A stretch of DNA of 64,000 bases from Octopus sinensis (lineage: Eukaryota): positions 51,522,001-51,586,000 of the forward strand of contig NC_043003.1 in the NCBI RefSeq assembly GCF_006345805.1, written 5' to 3'. Of the stretch, positions 40,706-57,798 are shown piece after piece. Made by a program: the position numbers and the translations under genes. Within the stretch, counting starts at the first letter, position 1. The number at the start of each line of letters is the position of its first letter. Below the pieces are notes generated by a model. That model searched no databases. It was given only the letters and a program-made list of their open reading frames with translations, and was not told where the DNA came from.

Positions 40706-43700
40706 TTAACATGTAAAACATGTTTATATTTAAACAAAAATAAGCATAAACAATAAACAAATTTGACTTATTAACTAAATTTGTTCCATTAGCATACATG
40801 TGCATATGTGTGGAAAAACTTACAGAAGGAAATATTCTTAAAATTCAACTAAAATACTAAGGAAAAGGAGATTTTTAAAAATAAAATATAAAATGTTAAT
40901 TTTCTAATTTCATACTGTTTAGACCAACCCCACCCTAGAGCAGAACATTTTTTCTCTCCAGGCAGTGCATCTAGAACTTCATTAGTCAATGTTCCTGTTT
41001 TTTTATTTAAAAATAGTAGAGTGCAATTCAAGGAAGATTAGGCTAGTATTTAGAGAAGGTCAACCAACTACATAGAGGTGCTCTTGTTGGCTAGATTTTC
41101 TAAATGTTTATATTGATTTTATTTACAGACATTTAACATCAACAAATTGATTCATCTGGAGTTGTAGCAGCTGTTCTTACCATTTTACTACTCACCGTTG
41201 TAACTCTTAAGACAAGTATTATAAATCAGCTTATGCTAAACTCCTGGCCTTAAACTCTAGCTAGGCTTCATGGAGTAACAAGTTGTTTTTCTTGTTACAC
41301 AATTATGAAGAAGGCATTACAAGAGGGTGGGGTCAACAGTTTCAAGGAAGGAATTATTAGTATTTCAGAAACAATAGTGTTTCTGACACCTTCATCTCCA
41401 GCTTCCTTTCATTTATGATAACAGTCTTTGTGCATTTATCATATGCACCTCTGCAAGTCTGTATATCTATATCAGTCATTGCATGTTTATTTGGAGATAT
41501 ACATACCCAACAACAATACTAGTTGTTTAGCCTTAGGTCAACCCTACTTGAGTGAACCTGTGAAGAAAAACTTTCTAGTCATGACCATTCCATCTTTTTT
41601 TCAGGTGATGTCTACTTTGGAATACATTACCCAATAGGCCAATCCTTTTTTCAGATGGCCAAGTGTGATTTGAAGGATATTTAGGTAAACAACTGGTCCT
41701 TAGCACATGCATAGATACTGATGACCAGTTGTAAATGACTTCAATGTAGCCGTAAGAATAACAAGATCTGTTGTTACATCTTGTAACAGGCTAAATATGA
41801 TTGTAACATTATCAGTGGCATAAATATATATAAGTTACACAAGATGATGACTATATACAAGATTATATTTAATAGTAATATATAGTGGTGATAAAACACA
41901 ATAATAACACTTGGTGGATGCATAACAGCCATAATGCAAAATAGTGACTATATACAACATAAGAGCAAAACAGTGATTATAAACAAAACTATATTTTCTG
42001 GCAGACAAGCTGAATTTTTCAGACCAAAATTTACAGCTACAAAATGGCAGGTTAACTTATAAACACCAAGACAGCTTTGGAGGACCAAAAATTCTATGTG
42101 AAATGCAGCAGGATTTGGAAAGACAGTGATGGCTGAATGTTCACATTATATACCACATCAATTTGTATGCCAGAAAATACAGCAGTAATAACATATACAT
42201 TAGTAACAAATATCATCATCATCAGCATCTATTTTCCATGCTGGCATGGTTACAACAGTAATGTAAGGTGGTGACTATTTACGACAGTAACACAATATAC
42301 TGACTATATACAATAGCAACACAGGCAATGCAGTTCAGATGTACTGAAAGTTGATAAATAAAATTGTAGAATGTAACATAGATGTGTAATTAGCTATAGT
42401 ACAAGTCAGTGACTAATATTGACTAAAGTTTAGAAATTAGGTCTATCTGTAGACTAATTGTGACTGACTGTAGACCAATATAACTAGATTTAAATGCTTT
42501 CGATGAATAACAATATTGTTAAAGATTTCCAGTCACTAGTTCATTGGAATTTCTGAAGATGAACAGTGTTTAATGCAATGCAAATCAAATATTTCAAAGA
42601 ACTCTGACTATAAGAGATTGTTATTGTTTCCTTGAGATGTTTATATCTGAAATACTTCGCCAAAAGATACACACACACATACTATACAGGCATGGCTGTG
42701 TGCTTAAGAAATTTGCCTCACAATCACACGGTTTTAGGCCTGGTCGCAAATGTCTTCTTTTATAGCCCGAGAAAGAAACCCATCATAAATGAGTGTATGC
42801 CTGTGAATCCTGGTCATATTATTCACTAATTGTATACAAACATCACCATCATACGAGTAGTATTGTTTGTTTACAAGCTTCCATGAAAATATATCCAACC
42901 ATTTATTGCCTTTGTGTTTGAAGGACTTGGAGAAATATTACCTTGCTTACAAACAGGCAGAGGTTGACAATAGGAAAAGCATCTGGATGTAGAAAATCTG
43001 CCTTAACAAATTTCATCCAATCCATACAAGCAGATGTTAAAATAATGATGATAAACTATATAAGTATATGATGACTCTGGCACTGATTTTGTCTACTAAA
43101 TTCTATTCACAGGCTATTGTAAAAAACCTCACATAAAACAAAACACACATACAAGGTTCTGTGTATTGAGATTGAACTCTGAACTATGTAGTTGAGGAGC
43201 AAGCTTTTTGACTACACAACCAAGCTTGTGTCCATAGAAAACAATATATATTATTCAATATAAATAGTCTCCTATCCAGTGGAGGAATTTGTTTTTATTT
43301 GCTTAGCACTTATAGGAACCAAAGAACCAATTTTTTTCCCCATAAATCATTATGACTCAGAAAAGGATTAAACATTGTAAGTAAATTTCTCTATCTGCTA
43401 CTAATTGTAATATTAAAATAAGTTTATTTCAAAATAACACACTGAATCTGAAGAACACTTTGATGAGCTACATGTTCTACAGACTGATGTTTATATTAGA
43501 CTTGACGTGTACACACTACATGTGCTGGAGTCCATTTTCTCTTATTTGAAAAAAGTAAATACTTGCATGCATGTTTATACACACAACTCTGTTTATTTGA
43601 TTTACATCTGCTTTCCATGATGGCGTGAGTTAGGTGAATATATGCTATTGAGTTTTGTTTTACATCTGGAAAATGTTTCTGTTACTAACCCTTATCTGTT

Positions 43701-45202
43701 TTTTGTTTTTTTCCTCTCAAGTAAGAGATCTCTCATTCCATGTTTTTGAAAGCTTGGAATTAGCAAATGATTAGTCAAAAAGGAAATGGTAACATGCTTC
43801 ACTATTTGTAATACAATTCATTTTTTTTTCATTTGAAGAGTGCAAAACATTAAAATTCACACAGATGCACACATGTACCATTTCTCACTACCAAATTCAC
43901 TGTCAAAGCATTGGTCAGCCTGGGCCTACAGTGGAAGACACTTGCCCATTGTGCAGTGCAGTGGGACTGAACTCAAAACCAAGTTTCAGAAACAAAATTT
44001 TTAACCACATAGCCATGCCAAATATTAGTGATGTAATACTAAAGGATAAAGGATATCGAGTTTATTCACATATCTATTTAGAGTCCAATGGGTTTGCCCA
44101 CTGGAGTTTCATGAACTTAAATCTTTCAGGTAACCTGAAATAATGTAGAACTTAAAATTGGAGAAGTGACCAAGACTATAGTCTAAATGTGTGCATATCT
44201 CTACGAGATTTAAAACTAGCTGCTTCTCTCACACACACACACAAAGAGGCATAGCTATGAGGTTAAGAAATTTACTTTGCAACTACATGACTCCTGGTTT
44301 TAGACTATAGTGTAGCACCTTAGTCAAGTATTTCCACTATAGTTTCAAAGTGACCAATATATTGTGAGCAGAATTTGGTTGATAGAAACTGAATGGAATC
44401 CCAATGTACTGTGTGTGTGTGTATGTGTGTGTATTTGATTCAACAGTACCACTTGTTAAAAACTAGCATTGTGTCAACAGAAAGGTACTTAGCTGTTCAA
44501 TAAAATAAATACCAGACTGAAGTAAGTGCCAGGGTTGATATAGTTGACTCAAACCCTTGAAGCATTGCCACATTTAGGACTCTGCTTTATTTTTTTTAAA
44601 TATGCTTTAATATGAAAGGGGGATATGCTTTTATGCTAGCAATATCTTTTACAACTGATTGTCTTTCAAACCATCTAAATGTATACTGTGAAGCCTGGGT
44701 GAGAGAGAACCCTTTTCTTTTTTTGTCCATTAGATTGTGGCTTTGTCAGTTGAGCAATGTGGCTAAAAAGTTTCTATTACAACCACATAGTTTTAGGTTC
44801 AATCCCAGCATGTGGCATTTCAGGCAAGTGTCTCTTACAGAACCCTGTCATGACAGTGTGTGTGTATGCGTGTCTTTATTTATATCCTGTAACTTAGTGG
44901 TTTGACAAAAAAAGGTTGATAAAAGAAGTATAAAATTTTAAAACAAGTACTGGGATCCATATGATCAACTAAGCCATTGAAAGCAGTGCTCCAGCATGGT
45001 CACAGTCCAGTGACTGAAACTGGTAAAAGAGTAAAAAGTATGCAAACAAAAACGTGCATTTTGCTTAGGTGTACAACACAATAGCTGTAGTAAGAACTGA
45101 ACTCATGATCAAGTGGTCAATAGTCCAGCACCTTCAACTTGCAGCCATTGCGTTTGTTGCATATGCCAGGAATTGTGACATACAAGGAAGGGAAACACAT
45201 CA

Positions 45203-45763
<561 letters not shown>

Positions 45764-48700
45764 CTAGAGAAAGAAAAACAAAATTATATTAAAAATTTAT
45801 ATATATATATATTTAAGAAAAGAGAGGTGGAAATGATGACATTCATGGCTGTGATGATGACAGAGGTGGTGGTATTGAAGATATTTGTGTTGTTGTTCAC
45901 CTTAAGCTATTATTCCATTCAATTTTTTTATTAGGAATGATGTAGAAGATGACAATAAAGGTGATAAGGATAGCAGCATGTTGTAGATTACCTTAAATAA
46001 CAAAAGAATATTTGCATGAAAAGATATGAAAATCAATTATAATTACTCTTAAAAAGCACCACAGTACTTCTTAATCTAGAGAAGGCTAACTGGACCCATT
46101 AGATCAGAAGTGGACATGTTTTTTTTTTTGTTTTTAGAACTAGTAATTGCAAAAGAAGCTACAGGAGACGGGGGGGGGGGCTGTATCTGTGCTGAAAAAA
46201 AAATAATGAAACTTTGATTTTAGAAATTCAAAGATATGTATGTCTTAATACTCAGCAAGATTAATTAAAATATGGTAATGCCTTATCAGATAGGTGAAAT
46301 GCTTTAAATATTGAAATCTCAAAGATGCCACAGAGATTAACATTTTAAATTTTATAAAATTTTTATTGAGAATGTTTGCTCTAATTTGCTTTGGAAAGCT
46401 GAGATGATGACAGGATTGATGCAGTGGTAATTCTTTGTTGGCTTGCAAGATTAATCCTTTTGTTACCAACCCAGCTGAAACCGGGTCTGGCTCTGAGTAC
46501 AAATGTCTTGTTTTCATAAGTTTTGAATTAAAATCTTCCACCAAACCTTAATCACAATTTATGTCCCAAACACTAGCTGAATTATAACTAAGTTATTTTA
46601 CTAAATTCTTTGCTATATTTAAAGTAATTGAAAAAGTTGGCCAAAGCCCTGTCAGTAAATTTGGTAGATGGAAACTGAAAGAAGCTCATTGTAGTGTGTG
46701 TGTGTGTGTGTGCTGCATTGTCTTGAGATCACGAGAGTTGTAAATGAATGTCACTGTTGTATAAGCAGTATCATTCATTCCCAATCTTCCATGTAAACAT
46801 ATCCACTTGTAGGGGAAATATTACCTTGTTAGGAAACGTGAAGGTTGGCAGAAAGAAGGGTATCCAACTGTAGAAAATTTGTCTCAACAAATTCTGTCTG
46901 ACTGATGCAAGCATGGAAAAGTGGATGTTAAAACAATGATAACAACGATGGTGATTACTCAAAGTGAAAAATTATCAATTACATCTATAGGCAATTTATA
47001 ACATTTCAAAATATATAAATTAAATTTGTATATCTAAGTATAATCTAATTGTAAATTAACTTAAATTGTAAGGAATCAGAATCATTATCTGGCATTGCAT
47101 CAAAGAGTTTTTGCATATTCATTCTCCTAGTTCATGATTTTGTAAATACTGAAACCTCTTTTGAAATTGGTCCAATAAAATTAAAATACACCAACATCAT
47201 TAAAATACACCAGCATACACCAACATCATATATGGTTTTTGTTCTTTCAGTGTTGGAAAATATAAATATAAGTGTTTTTGTAGCCAACTTATGAGCAGCA
47301 ACACTGATTCAAAGCTCTTGATATTGACACAAAGAAAAGAAATAAAGGGATTTGACCCTTGTATTATTAAGCTTAAAAGAATTACATAGTTAGTGGTAAG
47401 GGCCAAAAATAATGACAAGTCACATAACATTTTTGGTTTTCTGATTCCATAATGAGAATGCTTTTAACATTCATGAAGACTTTCACTGCACATGTATCCT
47501 TTGCTTGGGCAGCAAACATCACAGCAGTATGATAGATCACCATACTCAGCTTTAAGGTCCTTCAAAATTTCTGTAAATTCTCTTTAATTTGCTGGGCAAT
47601 CTCTTATTTAGTGTGAAGTTAATACAGTATATTACCACATTCATCACACTGTTAATTCTTTGAAATTATGCCCAATGTTGGTGAATAAAGTAATGACACA
47701 CTATTAAGTATCAGAAACCAGTTGGTAGTTCAACAATTCATTCTTAACAAGTTTTTTTTCTTTTTTTTCTCTTTCTAGATTCTTCCATAATTGGCCAACC
47801 ATCTAACTACACTGCAGATATTTTCATAGGGTAAACTAAATTATCTTACAGCTAATTTGACCTCAGAAATTTTTTTGCATCTCTAGCAATTTTATGCATC
47901 GATTTTACAGCAAGTATATATATATATATTCTATTATTGTAAATTTTTCCATTATTCCACATACAAATCAAGCCAACTGTGCTTTATTTACTATTTGTTG
48001 TCCCATAAAACAAAAATTTTGATGTTGCTTATTTCAGGAATATTTGGTTATACTATTCGCCATATTTTTGTTCTTCTTGATAAAGTAATATTCTCAAGTT
48101 AAAATTTGTGCAGCAATAAGTATACTCTCTTATAAACAAACCTTTTATGCGTAATTTCACTCGCTTTGCAATTGGCTCTCATACTACATAACTTGCTTGT
48201 TTGGAGGAAGTACTTTCAGTAATATGCCTTTTGAAAATATATTTTCGTTCTTTATTGCCCACAGGGAGCAGGCTAAACATAGAGGGAAGAAACAAGGACA
48301 GACAAAGGGGTTAAGTCAATTATATCAATCCCCAGTATGTAACTGGTACTTATTTAATCGACCCCGAAAGGATGAAAGGCAAAGTCAACCTCGGTGGAAT
48401 TTGAACTCAAAATGTAAGAGCAGACAAAATACCGCTAAGCATTTTGCCCTTTTGAAAATATATTGTTGTTTGCATTAAGTTTGTTTATAAAATGCTTCCT
48501 TGTCTAAAGGTTGGGACCTCTTTCAGTTTTTAGTATTGCTTATGCTTGGTCAAAATTGTACTTTTTATAAACTATAACCAAATATTTACAAAGAACACAG
48601 AAACACACATTTTCTATTTACTTGTATGAAAATTAAATATTTGTCTATCTTTTCATCAAAGAACTTTTGCAGCATCCTTATTTTCTGTTATTAACATTAG

Positions 48701-51109
48701 TCATTGCAGAAAGGATTAACTTGTATACATTGACTTAAAATATTTAGCATAAATGAACAATAAATGTTGACAGCATTCAAAATTATTGTAATGGTACAAC
48801 AAGCAATGAACATAAATTCACACTGACTATTCATTCCCACTGTAAGTACACAAGACAAAATTAATGCCCTAGAGTAAAAAATAAATGCTAAATGTTAATT
48901 CGCTGTAATAAAAATGTGACTTTTACATCATTAATTCCTATATACTCTGTTCATGATTAATGTCACAAAACATACATTCAAGCTAACAGAAATTGCTTTA
49001 TGCCTTACGGGTTGGTGAAAGCAACTTATATTAAATTACTATTTTGGTCTTATAGCCCAAACTATGACTTTTAAAGACATTGTAAGTGGGTAAGGTTCAA
49101 ATCGGAATGTAAATGAAAGTTTGTCCATAGGTGGAGATGGGATTCTTTATCTCTGCTCCAGATGAATTGAAAATAAAACCATAGAAACAGTAAATTACAA
49201 TGACACAAGTGAGAATGTAAATGTAGTTGACTGTATTGACCCAATACTTGTTTTATCACTACCCCTAAGATAAGGTGAAATTGACCTTGAAAATACAAGA
49301 TAATTTGTCCCCTTTCTTTACTGTTTCTACCATCTATGGCGCTAATTATTATGATAAATGCCCTGCAGTATCTTTCTTTTTTCGTATTCTCTATGCTCTG
49401 AATTTAAATCCCAGCAAGGTTAACTTTACCTTTTTAATCCTTTCATTGTCTATATACAAAGTAGCAATCCAGGACAGTGGATTAATGGAAATAGCAGTGC
49501 TTTGATATATCTATTCTTGCACTTTGTATTCTGATGGCAATATAATGGTATTGCTGATGGCAATGCCAAGTTGTATCAGTCTTTGCCATTTTTTTGAACA
49601 ACCTCAGTGGTACGGAGAAGGTACTTGCAGGGAATTGCTGGTTCTCCACACATACAAAAACATGCCTAGGCCTGCCTGTGCATTGGAAAGAAACTTGATA
49701 GGTGCAGATTTATGACCTCATGAGACCCAAGGGCCAAAGAAAATGTCAGATAACATTTTCCATGACAGTAGTATATTAATAATCAAGGTTACAATACCAA
49801 ATTACTACAATGTTGTGCAAAACTAACTGAAAAGCTAAGGAATTATATTGAATTAGCTTTTGATTTATTTAAAAAAAAAAGTTTTTTGCAATTAACATTT
49901 CTAATTAGGACAAAACTGAATAATACACAAGTATTTCAGCAAATTGTCTGAAAGGATAAATGCAAGCACATTCAGAAAGTAGTAGTATTAGAATATGTAA
50001 ATGTTAAGACATTCTCACACAGCATTTGTTCATTTTCAACATGTCTATGTAATTTTTTTAAAACAGCTTATGTAGGAAAGAAAACCCTTGATGAAGTTTT
50101 CATAACATGGATAATATAGGTAATAACAATAATAACTTCTAAAATAGGCATAATACCACAAATATTTGAGTGGGAGGGTTATATAGTTGGCTAGATCAAC
50201 TCTTCATTTTAACCCCAGAAAGATGAAAGATCTGAGAAAGAGTTGAACTTGAATGTAAAAGTATGTAACTAAATATATAAAAGTTGTTTTGTCTAGCTTG
50301 CTTCTAATTCTGCTCTCTACCACTCTAATAATAAAAATATTTATGAACACAGGCACAAGGTCAGAAATTCCTAAAAAGGAAACAGTAGGCTAAATCAATC
50401 TCAGTACTCAATTGGAACTTGCTACTACACAACAACAGGAACAGGAAATGAATAAAAACCTGATTCAAAAATGGGAGAAATAAACCATTTCATAATAATT
50501 ATAAACAATAATATACCAGAGTGACATCAATTAAAATATTTTACCAAATAGATGCCAAATTTCTGACCTAAACTATACGCTAAGTACAATTATGCAGAAG
50601 ATACCTCTAGTAGCAGGCACACTGTTAAGCTATGAGGGAGACTCAAAGCAATTCCCTTAATCTGCTAGGAGTAGTAGCCAAATTTTCTACAAATCAGATT
50701 CCAATGTCTTAAAAAGGAAGAACACAGACACTACACCGTAAGATAAAAAAAAATTTTAATGATAGGATGGTCACAGCAGAAAAGCCTTTGATGATAGGTC
50801 TCTGACTATATAAAAATACAGACAAAAAAAACTGACATTAAGGAAACAATGACAGCATGACTAGAACCACATTATTTAATGAGTCCTTTCTTTTTTAAGA
50901 TGGTAGAGTTTAGTTGAAAAGGGTTTGGCTGCCATTTCTAGCAGATAAGGTAACTGCATGGATGCAGCTGTGTCAATTTGATACCACCATGTGCAGTATA
51001 GGCTAGTGTGTAATGGTATAATTTATAGTGGTGCACTGAGGTGCAGCATAGCATATGATTTGGTTTTGTTTAATTTTAGGTTAAGCCTTGTTCTGCATTT
51101 GATTTTAAT

Positions 51110-51790
51110 ATGGAATGTGACAGCCGAGGATATGCATAGGCTTGAAAGAAATGAAGCCATTATGCTTTGCTGGACGTGCAATGTTAGTGTGCATGTTCAA
51201 CAGAGTGTAAGCATCTTGAGAGAAAAGTAAGGCATAAGAGGCATCGGATGTGGTGTGCAAGAGAGATAACTGTGCTGGTATGGCCATGTGATGTGTATGG
51301 ATGAGGACAGCTGTGTAAAGAAGTGCCAATCTCTAACTGGTAGAACTTGTGGTAGAGATAGACCCAAGAAGACATGGGACAAGGTGATGAAGCATGATCT
51401 TTGAACTTTGGGCCTCACAGAGGCAATGACTAGTGATCGAGACCTTTGGCACTATGCTGTGCTTGAGAAGACCTGCCAAGTGAAATTGTCATAGCCGATG
51501 GCATGTAAAAAGCACCTTTCAAGCATTGGCCCACATGGAGGCAAAGTAGCTGAGCTCCTTTCAAGTGTTGGGTCTCACATAGGCAATGACTAAGACCATT
51601 GGCATTATGTTGTGCTTGAGAAGACCCATCAAGCCAAGCAAAATCAGTCATGGCAGACACTGGTGTCATGCAAATGGCACATGAAAACACCCATTGCACT
51701 CTTGGAGTGGTTGGTGTTAGGAAGGGCATCCAGCTGTAAAAACCATCCAACCCATGCTAGCATGGACAATGGATGTTAAATGTTGATGGT
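51110..51790 (+). mobile_element. 3' fragment of RTE LINE with tail
   Basis: WNVTAEDMHRLERNEA and RPKKTWDKV motifs collinear with 62205-62580, followed by the same tail motif (ggaagggcatccagctgta...catgctagcatgga). Confidence 0.8.
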
Positions 51791-52599
51791 TCTTGACCAT
51801 TACAACAAATAACAAAGTATAGCAGATCCATAGTCTGCTATACTAGCCATGGAAATACATATGGATAAAGGCATAGGCATGGTTATGTGGTTAACAAGTT
51901 TGCTTGCCAACCACATGGTTCCAGATTCACTGGCATCTTGGGCAACTAAATGTATTCTACTATATATAAACCCAGGCTGACCAAAGACTTGTGAGTGGAT
52001 TTAGTAGATGGAAACTGAAAGAAGCTCATTTTGTGTCTACGTAAATGTTTGTCTCCTTGTCTTGACAGAGTGTGATAATTGTAAATGAATGCCACTGTCA
52101 TACAAGCAGTGTCATTCATTTTCAATATTCTGTGAAAGCATGTCTGATCATAGGTAAATACTATCTTACTTGGAAACAGGCGAGGGTTGGTGAACAGGAT
52201 GATGATCATGATAATGACGAAGAATCAACTGAATTATATCAATCTTATTTGGAATGTTTTGACAAGTATAGTGGAGCAAATTACTTTGCTGAAGACAAAA
52301 AGCAACGCATTTTCTTAATCTGATAGGTGCTTAAATGTATATCTTATTATGTAATCTAAATGTTCTAACCAAGCCAAAGGACAAAAGAGCCTCTAATTAA
52401 TGCATTACTCTAAATAGCACTCTTTCATTCCTCATTGGAAATTGCAGAAACAGCATTTTTGATCAGTGTAGTAAATAACCAGGAGAGAATGTCTGTTTTT
52501 AACATTTAAAACATGTTTTGGAACATTATAATGATTGATTGGAACACAGAATATTTTCCGATATTACCAAAAAATTGTTTGAAGTCAATCACCCACAGT

Positions 52600-55300
52600 A
52601 GCACAAACTATTAGGCTCGTCAGAAATATGGAACAGACTGAAAAAGATACCAAATCTAAGGCACAAGACACTTCTCAAAGCACAGTTGCTACATCAACGG
52701 AGGGCAAGTCTCAGTTGTATGTTCCCTCAAAGCTATTCCAGTGTCACAGTCTTGTAGAAAGCACTGAACTTCTGAGGAAACAATGCCAGCTCTTAATTTC
52801 AGAGTGCAACAGGTGTGGTTATATTGGACATATAGTGACTGTTTGTGAGCAAAAGAACCCCAGTTGGGGATGTTATTTTAGACACGATTCAGTTGTACAA
52901 CTAAATTATGCAATGCACCAGGATGATGTTAATCAGGAAGTGGACAGTGTTGGACACACGGACACTTTAAAATTAGTTACACTAATTCCGGTTAGACTGA
53001 TAAGAGATCAGTCATCTCTTACACCATATCATAGTAGAAACTAGTACTATTGTACTGCTGATGAGTAAATAACTCCAAGCGTTTTAGAATTCATTGGTTC
53101 TATAGCTGAAATAAAAGCTAAACTTCACATTTATAAAAGTTTTGTTCCAGTTCATCTCAATGATATCTCGAGTGATATCATTTGCTATCAAGGGCAAAGT
53201 TAAATAAGAGCTAGATAACCTACTGAAAGACCGACTAGTATTGCCTGCTAAGTTACGGTGAATGGGTTACACCCATTGTACCAGTCAACAAATCATCATC
53301 GAAAACATGTTTGAGTGGCAATTTTAAAATAACTTTTAATCTTCACTTAGTTACAGATACATGCTCTATGCCTTCAGTTGATGAGTTGCAAGAAAAAAAA
53401 TGAGCAACGGCACTCTTTTCTCTAAACTTAGCCTACCTTGTACCTTCCCACAGAGTAAACTTAAAAGTGAATCCAAATACTGTTACCATCACAATCCACA
53501 GGGTTTTCCCATGGAAATTACCTCTGATCACTCTACATATCAATATGTAATGGATAAGCATTATATGGAATTTTTAATCATCATCATCATCATTTAACGT
53601 CCATGTTCCATGCTGGCTTAGGTTGGACAGTTTGATAGGATCTGATAGCTCCAAGGACTGCACTGTGCTCCAGTGTCTGTCTTGGAATGGTTTCTGTAGC
53701 TGGATACCCCTTCCTAACACAATTTCTAGTTCCACTGTCCCAATAGTTATGTTCACTTCATACCTTGAGGAGAAACTTGCACTTGCAACTCCAACTATGT
53801 GTTATGCAATTAAGATGACATTTTCATTACAGGGAAGGACCGTTCTACACATCCCACTACACTTGAAATTGTTCTAGAACTTTTACCAAATCATGAAATG
53901 AGAATAAATTAAAATAAGTGTGCTTTAATACTGTCATCTACTATTTATCGTAGTCATTATATAAACTGAAGGGGGCTGGACCAAATGAAGAACAAGATCA
54001 GAGCTGTGTCAATGAACTAGTCTTTTCAAGGGCTAGTGAACTATTATTAGAAATTTTCTGACTAACATAGCACCTAACACCCACATCATTAATTGTTAGA
54101 AAAACTTATGTCTTAGACATAAACTCAGGAATATGGGCAAACCTTTCAACAAGTAAAAAAAAAAATGTTCACTATAGATCATGTCTTGACATTATATGTT
54201 GTCAACCTAGCAATTATACTTGCTTGTGATGTTTCTAAATATAGGTTGCATGTGATATTGTCACATATTTTACTATAGTAAAGAAAAATCTACTGCATTT
54301 GCCTCAAGGACACTAAGTGCAAAGAAGAAAAAAAATATCCACAATATTTCATAAAGGTAAGGTGGTAATTTTACTCTGTTCACAGATTACAAGACAAACT
54401 ACTACTGAGGGACCTACTTTAGTGTTCTACACATTGTAGCTGTGCAAATGCAATGGTGCATAGATATACTTACAGCATGCATATATATGACAGTAAATAC
54501 AAAATATCTGAGTGTCATGAAAATACAAACCTCTCTCTCTAATTTTAGGTTGGCTAAACCAAATTGAGAGTGGCCAACGAGTATTAAGCACTCAGGGAAA
54601 TTTATTATGGCCATGTCACCCAATGCATGTGAAGACAGGATTCCAGTGGAAACCCAATCACTAGTGATCAATTTTCAATAGACAAAAAGCCAACATCCAA
54701 CAACATGCTGTGGGACATGTCCTTAGACATTTCTAGTCATCCCACTGAATCCATGGTATATCTGCAGTTGCCATGGCCCACGTTGTCACTTGTCTCGACA
54801 GGAATGAAAGAGTGAGGCTGGTTAGCCAGCACAATCTTCCATCACTATAGTGCAAGTCAGAATTCAAACTTTTTCAAATTACAGACAGTGGATCTTTCAC
54901 TGCAGAATTTAGAGTATCACAAATATCTGTGACAACGAAATACTATTAATGCCACTGAACCTTCTGGCAGGTGCTATTATAAATCTTTGGTTACTCATGC
55001 AGCAGCATTTTATGTTGTTGCAGTGTATAAGAGGTGGAGCCTTCACTATCTTCAAAAACAAATGAACAGCTATTAGCCTTGATGTGAAAATTTTTATCAA
55101 ATGTATAAGACCTGACATATACTAGCACTGAAAATAATCTAATGGACAATCTTCAGTTTGTGATGAAGTCGACAATACACCAAGTGCAGAGCCACCTACA
55201 TTATCAGCTGTAGATATATTTCAATGTTCAAGCCATATATGAACACCTCTTGTTTATCAGAAAGACTATGAAAATTGATTGCCACTACGATAATGACAAT
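52600..55300 (+). mobile_element. Highly decayed Ty3/gypsy-like LTR retrotransposon internal region (boundaries approximate)
   Basis: Gag zinc knuckle CNRCGYIGHIVTVC (CX2CX4HX4C, 52805-52846). RT remnants PSVDEL and FSKL. RNase H remnants LACDVS (about 54219), AFASRTLS (about 54295) and FTLFTDYK. No LTRs recognised. Confidence 0.65.
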
Positions 55301-55684
55301 CTATTTTGAAGGGAGGAGAAACGCTGCATATTTCATTTTAATATTATTTCCTGTTGCTACACAGTTATGACACTATGTTATTATATACTACTACTTCCTG
55401 TAATTACATGACATACCACTATACATTGTCAAGAAAATAAAAGTAGCCATATTTTATAAACAAATACTACAGCTCTGATCCATCAGACCTCTGATCATGT
55501 TTAAGCTGTGAGATTTAGCTCTTTCAAAACACATATCTTTGACATTATCCAATGTGTCTTATCTGCTTTTAAATAGTAGGTTGGGATAACAAAAAATGTG
55601 TGTGAAAATCCATGAATGTTCTTAAGCAGTAGGCATCAATGAAAGCTCATAGCACAGAATTTTTATCACATCTACTTGTAGATT

Positions 55685-56152
55685 CATCATCATCATCATC
55701 ATCGTTTAACGTCCGCTTTCCATGCTGGCATGGGTTGGACGGTTCAACTGGGGTCTGGGAAGCCCGAAGGCTGCACCAGGCCAGTCAGATCTGGCAGTGT
55801 TTCTACAGCTGGATGTCCTTCCTAACGCCAACCACTCCGTGAGTGTAGTGGGTGCTTTGTATGTGCCACCGACACAGGTGCCAGACGAGGCTGGCGAACG
55901 GCCACGCTCTGATGGTGTTTTTTATGTGCCTCCGACACAGGTGCCAGACGAGGCTGGCGAACGGCCATGCTCGGATGGTGTTTTTTATGTGCCACCGACA
56001 CAGGTGCCAGACGAGGCTGGCAAACGGTCATGCTTGGATGGTGTTTTTTATGTGCCATGGACACAGGTGCCAGACAAGGCTGGCGAACGGCCACGCTCGG
56101 ATGGTGTTTTTTACGTGCCACCGGCACGGAGGCCATGCGAGGCTGGCACGAA
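55685..56152 (-). mobile_element. RTE-tail derived element with 63-bp internal tandem repeats
   Basis: Same (CAT)n-gtttaacgtcc...catgctggcatgggttgg end; 4-5 copies of a 63-bp unit. Further copies at about 5572-5832 and 29807-30115. Confidence 0.8.
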
Positions 56153-56241
56153 CAATAAAAAAGAAGAGAGCTATGTGGCAATCAATCAGAAATTATTTGA
56201 TCAATGGAAAGCTAATGAAAACTTTCTGGAAAGTGCTTTAA

Positions 56242-56460
56242 CCCTTTAGTATTTAAACTGGCCATATCCAGCCAAAATATTTAATCTGTTTTATGTTCAA
56301 ACTGACCAGATCCAGGCTCTCACACCTACCCTACAATGCTATTCTACATTAGGTAATTACACCATCAAGATCTTGAAGATATGAGATAATGCATGATTAA
56401 TTCAAATCAATGTGAATCAATAAGCATTATGTTTGATAGAATAATCAGAACACTAAAGTG
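56242..56460. mobile_element. About 220-bp TTAA-flanked MITE (piggyBac-like)
   Basis: ttaa|ccctttag...ctaaagtg|ttaa. Further copies at 32677-32897 (opposite orientation), about 33262-33481, and one split as 58236-58417 plus about 63637-63678. Confidence 0.75.
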
Positions 56461-56479
56461 TTAATAGTAGCAAAACATG

Positions 56480-56820
56480 TGTGTGAGACTGAGATACCAA
56501 AACAAAGGGGCAGTCATCTCAGTGAGTTCAATCACCATCACCACAACCAAAAATTTAACACATTAGTGTTGCTGAGCTATCCTAACTATCTGGATTTCGA
56601 TCAAATAGACTTTTTTCTATCCCCAAAGTTGAAATATACCCTGAAAGGTTACTATTTTCAGACAAACAGAAAAAAAAACACGTTCCAAGATAGAAAAAAT
56701 AAACATTGGAAGCAATATATCAACAGTGAAAAGAAATATTTTGAAGAAAACAAGTCTGATTAAATTCAAGATAACAATAATTTTTTGTAAAAGGTATTTT
56801 GCTTTCTTCTTTATGGACAG
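56480..56820 (+). mobile_element. Decayed mariner transposase C-terminal remnant
   Basis: YPNYLDFDQIDFFLSPKLKYTLKG...WKQYINSEKKYFE resembles HPPYSPDLAPxDFFLFPKLK..LKG...W..CI...G.YFE. A similar remnant lies at about 4230-4440 (EQCISSKGNYFEG). Confidence 0.6.
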
Positions 56821-56875
56821 TTATAGTGTGATGTTGAGTAAAAGCAATGTGCTATGTTCATGACATACAAAAATG

Positions 56876-56913
<38 letters not shown>

Positions 56914-57129
56914 TGGGGTGATATAGTGTGTAGTGTTGTGCTATGCAATATGAAATGCTTTGGCATATAATATAATATATTGTGATGAGTAGTATCATGT
57001 AATGTAATGCAGTGTGGTGTAATATGGGTTAATATAATGTACCTCAGTATTGTTGTTTATCACTAAATCAGCCATCGTTGAGCAGACCTGCCAACAAAGG
57101 CATTCCAACCAGTACCACCCTGTCTTTTA

Positions 57130-57798
<669 letters not shown>
